Under the pieces are notes generated by a model. It did no database searches. It had not been told where the DNA came from and worked only from the letters and a program-made list of their open reading frames with translations. 42,797 nt of DNA from Geobacter sp. (GTDB taxonomy: Bacteria; Desulfobacterota; Desulfuromonadia; Geobacterales; Pseudopelobacteraceae). The position numbers were made by a program, and so were the translations under genes. This document shows, piece by piece, positions 1-7,994 of this stretch. The stretch is from contig VFJM01000015.1 of NCBI GenBank assembly GCA_009886055.1, positions 1 through 42,797 on the forward strand, written 5' to 3'. Within the stretch, counting starts at the first letter, position 1. Every line of letters starts with the position of its first letter.

Positions 1-499
1 CACCAAGAGCCTGCGTCGGGTTGAGCCCGGCATCGTAAATACGGGGGTAGAAACCATTCAGGAGCAGGCTGTCGATGCCGGGTTGAATACCGGCGCCGGT
101 AAGTTCTTCGATACTGAGCGGCAGCAGTTTCAGCAATGCGGTGCGACCGGCGAGGGATTGGCTGATGGACGTCATCACTTCGAACTGCTGGCTGCCGGTA
201 AGAATGAACTGCCCCGGCACACTGCGCTCATCAACTATCGGCTGCAGGTAGGAGAGTAGCTGGGGAACGCGCTGTATTTCGTCGAGGATCGCTCCGTTAG
301 GATACGATGACAGGAATCCGCGCGGGTCAGAGTGAGCAAACTCGCGGGTGTCCGGACTTTCCAGGTTGACATAGGGCTTGTCGGGGAAGGTGCCCCGGCA
401 GAGGGTCGTTTTGCCGCTCTGGCGCGGGCCCGTGAGGGTGACAACCGGGTATTGACCGGCCAGTTGTTCCAGTACCGGTGTGAGTGTGCGCGTGATCAT
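1..499 (-). CDS. AAA+ ATPase, DUF4143-type (N-terminal part only; rest of the gene lies beyond the left window edge)
   Basis: My own reverse-strand translation from the ATG (complement of 497-499) reads MITRTLTPVLEQLAGQYPVVTLTGPRQSGKTTLCRGTFPDKPYVNLESPDTREFAHSDPRGFL... It has a Walker A motif GPRQSGKTT and stays open to position 1. It is absent from the ORF track because no stop lies inside the window. Confidence 0.7.
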   Translation of the reverse strand, partial: MITRTLTPVLEQLAGQYPVVTLTGPRQSGKTTLCRGTFPDKPYVNLESPDTREFAHSDPRGFLSSYPNGAILDEIQRVPQLLSYLQPIVDERSVPGQFILTGSQQFEVMTSISQSLAGRTALLKLLPLSIEELTGAGIQPGIDSLLLNGFYPRIYDAGLNPTQALG

Positions 500-763
500 T
501 GGACGAGTGTACGGTTTACGGGTGAAAATTGCAAGTTCAACTTTCAAATTCCCCCTATTCCACTCAAGACTTGGAACCAACCTCAACAAACAAGGCGAGT
601 ATTTATGGCGATGAATTACATTCGGGTACCTCATGAGGAGGTTTTTATGCCACTCCGCTATTTTTTTCGTGAAAGCAGGCGGTGACGTTCCTCAGGCACA
701 ACTCCCTGACTGATCACACAGCCCGCATAAACAGAAATATTATCAGATGTAGTACCAAAATCG

Positions 764-792
764 TTTCTATGATGTTTTTTATAGGATATAAT
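764..792 (+). promoter_or_regulatory. Candidate sigma70 promoter of the receiver/exonuclease/kinase operon
   Basis: Perfect TATAAT at 787-792. Weak -35 TTTCTA at 764-769 with a 17-nt spacer. It lies 33 nt upstream of the ATG at 825, and GGAGGG (811-816) serves as the SD. Confidence 0.35.
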
Positions 793-824
793 CCCACGAT
801 TGTTAAGACTGGAGGGTCCGGAAG

Positions 825-1196
825 ATGAGTAAAAAAATAATTCTTGCCGTTGATGACGAGCCGAATATTTTGATGTCCATCGAGTTTATTTTGGACATGG
901 AGGGGTATGAAGTCCACACGGCGCGGGATGGGGATGAGGCACTGGAAGTTGCCGAACGCGTTCGGCCGGATGTGATCCTGCTGGACATCAACATGCCCCG
1001 CAAAGACGGCTACGAGGTCTGCCGGATCCTTCGGGAACGGGAAAGCATGGCCGGGACAAAGGTGATCATGTTGACGGCCAAGGGGCAGGCCCTCGAAAAG
1101 AAGAAAGGGCTGGAGATGGGGGCGGACGAATATGTAACCAAGCCGTTCAGCGCCGATGAACTGCTCAATACGATTCGAACCTGTATCGAGTCATGA
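825..1196 (+). CDS. Stand-alone response regulator receiver (CheY-like, no output domain)
   Basis: 123 aa. Acidic pocket in ILAVDDEPN, phospho-acceptor context VILLDINMP, and LTAKG / KPF motifs. The stop overlaps the next start as ATGA (1193-1196). Confidence 0.9.
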   Translation: MSKKIILAVDDEPNILMSIEFILDMEGYEVHTARDGDEALEVAERVRPDVILLDINMPRKDGYEVCRILRERESMAGTKVIMLTAKGQALEKKKGLEMGADEYVTKPFSADELLNTIRTCIES

Positions 1197-3364
1197 CCGC
1201 GGTTCAGGAGGAAAAACCCCTCCGTACGGAAAAGAGTCTGCGACGCCGGATGGTAACAGCGCTCTTGTCTCTGGCGCTGCTGCCTCTGTTCGTCGCGATG
1301 GTCGGCCTGTACTTTGTGGTCAGCGACTATGTGGCCGAGATCCAGCGGCTCCAGCCGGCGTCCCAAGTGTACGAGCATTTCAACTCGATGTGCCTCCAGG
1401 TTTCCTTTTTCCTGGTCGTGTTCACCATTCTGATCGCCGCCCTGGCGTGGGAGTTGGCCAACCAGTTCCTCCGTCCTATTCTGAAGATTCGGCGGGGCGC
1501 CGAAATCGTTGCCCGCATCAACCTGAACCACCGGATTGAGCTTGATACCGGGGACGAACTGCAGGAGCTGGCCCTGGAGTTCAACCACATGGCCGAGAAC
1601 CTGGGCAAGGCGTACGACGAGCTCGAAGGGCGTGTGCGTGAAGCGACCCGGACAGTGCAGGAGGAGCGTAATCGCCTGGCTACCGTACTTCGCACCATGG
1701 TCGACGGTGTGGTCGTAGCCAATGAAGCGGCTGAGACGATCCTGATGAATCCGCGGGCACGGATCATTCTGGATCTGGGATATACGTCCGGCATCGGGAG
1801 TCCTCTGTCGCGCATCTTCCCCAGTGATCGTCTCACCTTTCATCTGAAAAGACTGCGCCAGAGATGGGATCAAGGGCGGGAGACGGTAGAGGACGTGCTC
1901 TTTCCGCTCCTGGATGGAAAACTCCTCAAAGGTTCACTTTCGATTGTACCGGGGCCGGGGGGTGAGCGATCCGGATTCCTGCTCGTGTTTCGGGATTTGA
2001 ACAGTAGCGGCGATGAGGGGAAAAATTTTGAAGAGACCCTGCGGGAAATGCCGCTGCTCCTGCGGGGGCCGCTGGCCTCATCCCGCTCGCTGGTCGAGAC
2101 GCTCCAGCGGCACCGGGAGATGCCGGAGGAAAAGCAGATGGCGTTTCTGGATGCCGTTGAGGAGGAGATGAACCGTTTGAGCGAACGGGTTACGGCAATC
2201 GATGATGCCGCCAATGCGGCCCGGAGTTCGCGCTGGCCGGCCATTCCTTCGGACCCCCGCGATCTCATGGAGGAATCACTGCTTTTGGAGCCCGGGACTA
2301 CGGTCGAGATCGAGGAGTACGACACCCCGATTCCTCCTGTGCTGGTCGAACCGTTTTCATGGGTTGCCTCTTTGCGCTGCGTCCTTCAGTGGATCACCCA
2401 GATGAACCTGGAACAGCATTCGATCAGTGCCAACCTGAAGGTTGAGGATGGCACCGTAGTTACAACCTTTCGGGTCGAAGGGCACTTCAATGGCAGCCCG
2501 ACCGGACTGGAATCCCGGGAGGTATGTCCTGCCGGCGAGCCCCCCCTTCCCCTCGGAGAGGCGGTGCGAAGAAACCGGGGTGAGTTGTGGACCAGAACTT
2601 CAGGTGAAGGCCTGGAGGTGCGGCTGGCTCTGCTGCAGGCAAGCACCGCTTCCGAAGGGGATCATCCCGATCGGCTGCTGGATGGCGAACCGGAGTTTTA
2701 CGATTTCGACCTGTTCCTGCCAAGGCCGGTTTTAGAGCGGGCCGACCAGCTCCAGGCGGATTTGAGCGATCTCGAGTACGTCGTGTTCGACACAGAGACC
2801 ACCGGGATGCGGCTCTCCCAGGGGGACAAGGTCATCAGCATCAGCGGGGTCCGCATTCGCCGGGGGCGTATTCAGAACGCCGAGATATTCCACTCCCTGG
2901 TCAACCCCGGCCGTTCAATCCCTCCCGAATCGGTACAGTTTCACCATATCGAGGACCGGATGGTGGCGGATGCACCCTCGATCAGCCAGGTTTACCCGCA
3001 ATTTGTAGAATTTGTCGGCGACTCGATTCTGGTCGCCCATAACGCAGCATTCGACAAGAAATGTCTGGAAATGGCCGCCGCCGAGGCAGGAGTGCCGATG
3101 ATCGAAAACCCGATCCTTGACACCATTTTCCTTTCGCACGGAATCCATGAGAGGACTGAAGGTCACAGCCTCGACGCCACGGCGGAACGGATGGGGATCA
3201 CCATCGAGGGGCGCCATACCTCCATGGGAGACGCCCGTGCCACTGCCCAGATCTTTCTGGGCCTCCTCTCGCTGCTGCCGGGGCGAGGGGTGCGTACCCT
3301 CGCCGAGGCAAAAGCGTTCTGCGACCGCCATCTGCTCATGCGCTGGCAGTCATCGAGATTCTGA
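1193..3364 (+). CDS. Membrane-anchored HAMP-PAS sensor with degenerate histidine-kinase core fused to a DnaQ/RNase T-like DEDDh 3'-5' exonuclease domain
   Basis: 723 aa with two N-terminal hydrophobic helices and a HAMP-like segment (LRPILKIRRGAEIVARINLNHRIELDTGDELQELALEFNHMAENL). A PAS-like segment follows. The DHp-like box PLLLRGPL has Leu where the phospho-His is expected, and the G-boxes are degenerate. The C-terminal exonuclease motifs are intact: VVFDTETTG (ExoI), LVAHNAAFD (ExoII) and HTSMGDA (ExoIII, H-x4-D). Confidence 0.85.
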   Translation: MTAVQEEKPLRTEKSLRRRMVTALLSLALLPLFVAMVGLYFVVSDYVAEIQRLQPASQVYEHFNSMCLQVSFFLVVFTILIAALAWELANQFLRPILKIRRGAEIVARINLNHRIELDTGDELQELALEFNHMAENLGKAYDELEGRVREATRTVQEERNRLATVLRTMVDGVVVANEAAETILMNPRARIILDLGYTSGIGSPLSRIFPSDRLTFHLKRLRQRWDQGRETVEDVLFPLLDGKLLKGSLSIVPGPGGERSGFLLVFRDLNSSGDEGKNFEETLREMPLLLRGPLASSRSLVETLQRHREMPEEKQMAFLDAVEEEMNRLSERVTAIDDAANAARSSRWPAIPSDPRDLMEESLLLEPGTTVEIEEYDTPIPPVLVEPFSWVASLRCVLQWITQMNLEQHSISANLKVEDGTVVTTFRVEGHFNGSPTGLESREVCPAGEPPLPLGEAVRRNRGELWTRTSGEGLEVRLALLQASTASEGDHPDRLLDGEPEFYDFDLFLPRPVLERADQLQADLSDLEYVVFDTETTGMRLSQGDKVISISGVRIRRGRIQNAEIFHSLVNPGRSIPPESVQFHHIEDRMVADAPSISQVYPQFVEFVGDSILVAHNAAFDKKCLEMAAAEAGVPMIENPILDTIFLSHGIHERTEGHSLDATAERMGITIEGRHTSMGDARATAQIFLGLLSLLPGRGVRTLAEAKAFCDRHLLMRWQSSRF

Positions 3365-3432
3365 TCAGTACGTAGAAATTGTTTCGTGAACGTAGTTATC
3401 CTGTTTATAAAGATCCGGGAGGGCATTCAGAT

Positions 3433-3624
3433 ATGAACAAGAGCTCACGCCGACTCGCCGCCCTGTTTGTCCTCGGAATAGCGGCTCTGTACCCCCCCCT
3501 GCTGGGGGCATTTAACCGGCCGGGGAGCTTCCTCGGGATCCCGATTTTGCCTCTCTATCTGTTCACGGCGTGGGTTATGCTGGTAGTGATCAGCTGGATT
3601 CTGGGGAGAGGAGACGAATTGTGA
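3433..3624 (+). CDS. Small two-helix membrane protein, DUF3311-like (symporter-associated mini subunit)
   Basis: The ATG at 3433 is preceded by GGGAGGG. The 63-aa product is MNKSSRRLAALFVLGIAALYPPLLGAFNRPGSFLGIPILPLYLFTAWVMLVVISWILGRGDEL, with two hydrophobic helices. Its stop TGA (3622-3624) overlaps the GTG (3621) of the downstream SSS-kinase. Its position directly upstream of an SSS domain is typical for DUF3311. Confidence 0.6.
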   Translation: MNKSSRRLAALFVLGIAALYPPLLGAFNRPGSFLGIPILPLYLFTAWVMLVVISWILGRGDEL

Positions 3625-6600
3625 ATGAAACCTTCTGGGTTGCCATCTTCAGCATGGGGTATCTCCTGGTATTGTTCGCCATCGCCTATGCCACGGACAA
3701 GGCCAGGGAGAACGGCCGCAGCCTGGTTGACAACCCATGGGTGTACAGCGTTTCTCTCGCCGTCTATTGTACCTCATGGACATTTTACGGCAGCGTGGGG
3801 CAGGCCGCTACCACCGGCCTCGCGTTTCTGCCGATCTACCTCGGCCCCACGCTCATCTTTCTCCTCGGACCGTCCCTGCTCAAACGACTCGTCTCCTTCT
3901 GCCGGGCGGAAGGGGTCACGAGTCTGCCGGACCTGCTTGAGGTCCTGTACGGAAAGGGGTGGGTTCTCGGAGCACTGGCCACCACGGTGATGGTGATCGG
4001 AGTTACCCCGTATATCGGACTCCAGCTTAAAGCGGTAGGGCACACCTTCGACCTGCTTACCGGAAGAAGCGCAGCTTCCGGGATACTCGGCGATGCATCT
4101 TTCTGGGCGGCCCTTGCTCTGTCGATCTTCGCCGGACTTTTCGGGGCACGGAGTCTGGTCGCCTCCGAACGTCACGAAGGGATGGTAGCTGCGGTGGTGT
4201 TCGAGAGCGCTGTCAAGCTGGGGGCATTTCTGGTGATCGGCCTGTATATTACCTTCGGAATAGGCGGCGGCCTGTTACAGGTTTTTGAAAAGGCTCTTGC
4301 TGACCCTGACCTGGCGCGGCTGTTCCTTCTCGGAGAAGGTTCGGGGGTATCGCTGCCGACGTGGGTCACCCTGAGTATCCTCTCCGCTTCAGCCGTAATC
4401 TTTCTCCCCCGCCAATTTCATATGCTGGCCGTCGAGAATGTACAGCAGCGTCACCTCCGTACCGCATCCTGGGCATTTCCGGCCTACCTGCTCCTGATCA
4501 ATGTGCTCGTACTCCCCGTAGCACTGGTCGGGCGGCTGTATGGGGGAGATATGATCCCGGATTTCTACATGATCTCTCTCCCTTTGACGCGGGGACATAC
4601 CGGTTTGGCGTTTCTCGCGTTTCTGGGCGGTTTTTCCGCCGCGACGAGCATGGTTATCGTCGAGGCGGTCGCTCTGTCAACGATGATCCTCCATCATCCC
4701 GGGGTAGCGGTACTGGGTGGTTTTTTCCCCGGATTTCGGAATCTGGTAAACCGTGACGTTTCTGTTCACCTCCTGCACACCAAGCGGGCCGTCATATTTG
4801 GTGTAGTGCTCCTGGGCTACGCCTTCAATCGATCGATCGGCGAGTCGCACACCCTGGTCGCGACAGGATTGTTGTCCTTCTCCGCCATGATCCAGTTTGT
4901 CCCCGCAGTTCTTTTCGGCCTCTTCTGGAAAGGGAGGACCAGAAGCGGAGCCCTCGCCGGGCTTGCCGCCGGGTTCGGCCTCTGGATATACACCCTGCTT
5001 CTGCCCAGCTTCGTCGATTCGGGGTGGATGAGCGAATCGTTTCTGACACAGGGACCCTGGGGAATAGAGCTGCTGCGGCCGCGAGCCCTCTTCGGCCTGC
5101 AGGGTTTTGACACCTGGACGCACGCCATGATCTGGAGCCTGGTATTCAACATGGGGGCCTACTTCACCATCAGCTTCCTTACATCACATCCTGCAGACGG
5201 GATCCAACGGTCCGAACTGCCGGCGGCATGGGCTACCAAGGCCGAACTGGAAGGGCTTCTGACACGGTTTGTGGGTGCCCGGATGGCCCAGGATGTACTG
5301 GGGGCTCTCCCCGATCGTTCATCACCCCAGCTGCTTCTGGAAGCTACCGAGCGCTGTCTGGCCAGTGCCCTGGGAACGCCGTCGGCACACATGATCATCA
5401 ACAGCACACTTGCGTGGCCCCGTGAACATGCGGTGGAGATTCTGGACGTCTTTGGCGGTGTTTCCCAAACGCTGGTGGAGAGTCGGGATGCCCTGGAACG
5501 GCGGCTGCGCGAGTTAATGGTGCTCCATGAGGCTTCACACGCCCTTTCACGGAGCCTGGACATCGACACCCTGCTGCAGGAGGTGCTCATGCTGATCAAG
5601 CGTGAGTTCGGGTTCGAATACCTGGGGGTCCGGCTCCTGGATGAGGATGGTATTTTACGGATCCGCAGCCACGTGGGACTCAGCGAGGAATACGTTATGG
5701 AATCCGCGATGGTCCCCTCACGGGAAACCTACTTCGGCACCTGTTTCCTGGATGCCAGGCCGGTCGTGGTCGGGGACACCCGCGAGATCAACAAGCCGCT
5801 GCTCTTCTCCAAACTGGCCGGAGAAGTTCCGATCAGTGCGTTTATCCATGCACCTATGATCTACGAGGGACGGGTGATCGGGGTACTCACCGCCTATACC
5901 TATCGGGGTCCGATGCACTTCACCGACGAGTTTGTCGAGCTGTTTGCGGCGCTGGCCAACCAACTCGCCATGGCGGCGATCAATGCCCAGCTTTACGGGG
6001 AGGTTCAGGCGTACAGTCTTGCCATGGAGGAAAAAGTGGCCCGGCGTACGGCTGAACTTGAAAAGGCCAATGCCCGCCTCCTGGAACTGGACCGCCTCAA
6101 AAGCGACTTCCTCTCTACGGTCAGCCATGAGTTCCGCACCCCGCTCACCTCAATCCGCTCGTTCTCCGAAATCCTGCTGCGCTACGATGTGGACGATGCG
6201 GAGAAACGCAAGAAATTCGTCGGCATCATCCATAACGAGGCGGAGCGCCTCACCCGCATGATCAACGACCTGCTCGATCTTTCAAAGATCGAAGCCGGGC
6301 GGCTGGAGCTCTTTCCCGAACCGCTGGAACTGAAGCCGGTTTTTGCCAGGGCCATCGGCACCACGCAACCGCTCTTCGCCGAAAAGGGAATCAACGTTGT
6401 CAGCACGGTCGAGCCCTCCCTTCCTCCCGTGTATGCCGACGCGGATCACCTTCACCAGGTGCTGACGAACCTCCTCTCCAACTCCGTTAATTTTTCTCCG
6501 GAGGGGGGGACGGTACGGCTCAGCGGGATGAATAAAGAGGGCTTTGCCCTGATCAGCGTGGCGGACGAAGGGCCTGGCATCCCGCCGGACAAGCTGGAGC

Positions 6601-6797
6601 AGATCTTCGAGCGCTTTCACCAGGTAAGGGACCCACAAAAGTCCCATCCGCTCGGCACCGGACTGGGGTTGACAATCTCGCGGGAGATCGTCGATAACAT
6701 GGGCGGGAATATCTGGGTCGAAAGCGAGTTGGGAGGCGGTGCGGTGTTCTTCTTCACCTTGCCTTTGGCAGCAGAGTCACCGGCCACTGAAGCCTGA
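3621..6797 (+). CDS. Sensor histidine kinase with N-terminal sodium:solute symporter (SSS/SLC5) domain, STAC-like linker, GAF, HisKA and HATPase_c domains (CrbS/CbrA-like architecture)
   Basis: The first ~500 aa hold about 13 hydrophobic segments with SSS-like motifs (e.g. FLGGFSAATSMVIVE). A GAF-like region follows (LDIDTLLQEVLMLIKREFGFEYLGVRLLDEDG...). The H-box is STVSHEFRTPLTSI with His at 6126-6128, and N/G1/G2 boxes are present (NLLSNSVNF, DEGPGI, GTGLGLTIS). I chose the GTG start at 3621 because of the GTGA coupling and the upstream GGGGAGAGGAG. The ORF-track start at 3570 would overlap the small gene by 55 nt. Confidence 0.85.
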   Translation: MNETFWVAIFSMGYLLVLFAIAYATDKARENGRSLVDNPWVYSVSLAVYCTSWTFYGSVGQAATTGLAFLPIYLGPTLIFLLGPSLLKRLVSFCRAEGVTSLPDLLEVLYGKGWVLGALATTVMVIGVTPYIGLQLKAVGHTFDLLTGRSAASGILGDASFWAALALSIFAGLFGARSLVASERHEGMVAAVVFESAVKLGAFLVIGLYITFGIGGGLLQVFEKALADPDLARLFLLGEGSGVSLPTWVTLSILSASAVIFLPRQFHMLAVENVQQRHLRTASWAFPAYLLLINVLVLPVALVGRLYGGDMIPDFYMISLPLTRGHTGLAFLAFLGGFSAATSMVIVEAVALSTMILHHPGVAVLGGFFPGFRNLVNRDVSVHLLHTKRAVIFGVVLLGYAFNRSIGESHTLVATGLLSFSAMIQFVPAVLFGLFWKGRTRSGALAGLAAGFGLWIYTLLLPSFVDSGWMSESFLTQGPWGIELLRPRALFGLQGFDTWTHAMIWSLVFNMGAYFTISFLTSHPADGIQRSELPAAWATKAELEGLLTRFVGARMAQDVLGALPDRSSPQLLLEATERCLASALGTPSAHMIINSTLAWPREHAVEILDVFGGVSQTLVESRDALERRLRELMVLHEASHALSRSLDIDTLLQEVLMLIKREFGFEYLGVRLLDEDGILRIRSHVGLSEEYVMESAMVPSRETYFGTCFLDARPVVVGDTREINKPLLFSKLAGEVPISAFIHAPMIYEGRVIGVLTAYTYRGPMHFTDEFVELFAALANQLAMAAINAQLYGEVQAYSLAMEEKVARRTAELEKANARLLELDRLKSDFLSTVSHEFRTPLTSIRSFSEILLRYDVDDAEKRKKFVGIIHNEAERLTRMINDLLDLSKIEAGRLELFPEPLELKPVFARAIGTTQPLFAEKGINVVSTVEPSLPPVYADADHLHQVLTNLLSNSVNFSPEGGTVRLSGMNKEGFALISVADEGPGIPPDKLEQIFERFHQVRDPQKSHPLGTGLGLTISREIVDNMGGNIWVESELGGGAVFFFTLPLAAESPATEA

Positions 6798-6803
6798 CAT
6801 ACC

Positions 6804-7907
6804 ATGCCTGATCAATCCAGCCCCAGGATGGCCCATGTGAATCCGAATCTCAGGCTTGACATGCTCGGTCATGAAATAGAGTCCGCCCGCACCATCGGCG
6901 CCCTGCGGGAGATCTGCCGGGGAATGCACGATACCGTGCGCGCAACCCTCGGTTCGGGGCTGGACACAAGAGAGATCGTGCAGATGATCTCCCGTTTGAA
7001 CGGTGCCATTACCCAGCGGATGATTGCCGTCATGGAACTCGACGAGGGTATCACCCTTCCCGGAGAAGCCGCCGTCCTCGCCCTTGGCAGTGAGGGACGG
7101 GAGGAACAGACCGTGCGCACCGACCAGGACAATGCGATTGTCTATGCCGACGACATCCCGCAGGAAAAACTCGGCACTGTGGAACGCTTCGCCATCCGTT
7201 TTGTGGAGGCCCTCGAAACAATCGGCGTTCCCCGCTGCCCTGGCAACATCATGGCCAGCAATCCACTCTGGCGCGACAGTATTTCCGGGTGGAAGTGCCG
7301 CCTTAACCACTGGATCACCGCTCCGACCAAGGAGCACGTGCTGAATTTCGGCATATTCCAGGACCTGCGCCCCCTGCACGGCAACCGACAGTTGGGAATC
7401 CAGCTGCGTGATCATATTCGCAACACCGTCCATAACACCATCTTCTTTTTCCCCAACATGGCCTCCCATGCCGTGCGCTTCCCGTCACCGCTTACCCTGT
7501 TCGGGCGTATCCGTGTCGAAAGGAGCGGTCAGCACAAAGGCGAGGTCGATATCAAGAAGGCCGGCATCTTTGCAATTACCGTAGGATCCAGCCTGTTGGC
7601 GCTCGAAATCGGTCATATGGGGGGGAACACCTGGGAAAAGCTGGAACTGCTCGGCAGGACAAGATTGATCAGCCCGAGAGACCTCGAGTCCATCAGTGAG
7701 GCGTTCTCATTCCTGGTGAAACTCAGGATTCGGCAGCAACTCCGTCAGATGCAGGAGCTGCCATCCGGCGTCATACCTTCGAATTACGTCGATCCGCTCG
7801 CTTTAACTGCCAGCGAACGGGACCAATTCCGCCAGGCCCTCAAGGGGGTAAACACGTTCCTGGGGATAGTTCGCAGCCACTACAAACTTGATTTCATCTC
7901 CACGTGA
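6804..7907 (+). CDS. DUF294-family putative nucleotidyltransferase (Pol-beta fold, GlnD/GlnE-like) with DUF294_C domain; lacks the usual cNMP-binding/CBS N-terminus
   Basis: 367 aa. NTase signature LALGSEGREEQTVRTDQDNAIVY (G-S-x9-D-x-D). Downstream motifs are typical of the family (CPGNIMASNPLWR, FGIFQDLRPLHG). It starts 6 nt after the kinase stop. Confidence 0.8.
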   Translation: MPDQSSPRMAHVNPNLRLDMLGHEIESARTIGALREICRGMHDTVRATLGSGLDTREIVQMISRLNGAITQRMIAVMELDEGITLPGEAAVLALGSEGREEQTVRTDQDNAIVYADDIPQEKLGTVERFAIRFVEALETIGVPRCPGNIMASNPLWRDSISGWKCRLNHWITAPTKEHVLNFGIFQDLRPLHGNRQLGIQLRDHIRNTVHNTIFFFPNMASHAVRFPSPLTLFGRIRVERSGQHKGEVDIKKAGIFAITVGSSLLALEIGHMGGNTWEKLELLGRTRLISPRDLESISEAFSFLVKLRIRQQLRQMQELPSGVIPSNYVDPLALTASERDQFRQALKGVNTFLGIVRSHYKLDFIST

Positions 7908-7935
7908 GTTCGCTATCCGGCGTCACAACGAAAAA

Positions 7936-7970
7936 AAACGCTCCTGTCAGTGTCACCTGAAGGAGCGTTT
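7936..7970. terminator. Bidirectional rho-independent terminator between the signalling operon and nfu
   Basis: Stem AAACGCTCCT (7936-7945) pairs with AGGAGCGTTT (7961-7970). It is flanked by an A-run on the left and T-rich sequence on the right, and sits between convergent genes. Confidence 0.6.
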
Positions 7971-7994
7971 CTGCTGTTCTATCCGGTGCGCGGT

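Noticed and set aside
647-685. A 12-codon mini-ORF (MPLRYFFRESRR) with a strong SD (GAGGAGG, 6-nt spacing), upstream of the signalling operon.
   Set aside because: It has no associated attenuator structure and no evidence of conservation. It lies upstream of the putative operon promoter, and short ORFs with chance SDs are common. It is worth a look only if ribosome profiling data exist.
1010-1873. Long antisense ORFs opposite well-supported genes. Examples are 1010-1873(-), 6777-7469(-), 11246-11929(-), 13464-14067(-), 15627-16655(-), 30021-30866(-), 34313-34918(-) and 42380-42793(-).
   Set aside because: The translations are Arg/Pro/Gly/Ser-rich, as is typical of antisense frames in GC-rich DNA. 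They have no recognisable motifs or SD sequences. Each fully overlaps a gene with strong family signatures on the other strand.
3570-3620. Upstream-extended starts given by the ORF track for several genes: 3570, 9756, 10096, 14602, 14617, 19531, 23572, 27786, 31900, 32508, 34265 and 39120.
   Set aside because: In each case a downstream start has a better SD, gives the family-typical N-terminus (signal peptide, Tat motif or P-loop spacing), or avoids overlap with the preceding gene. The extensions have no recognisable sequence features.
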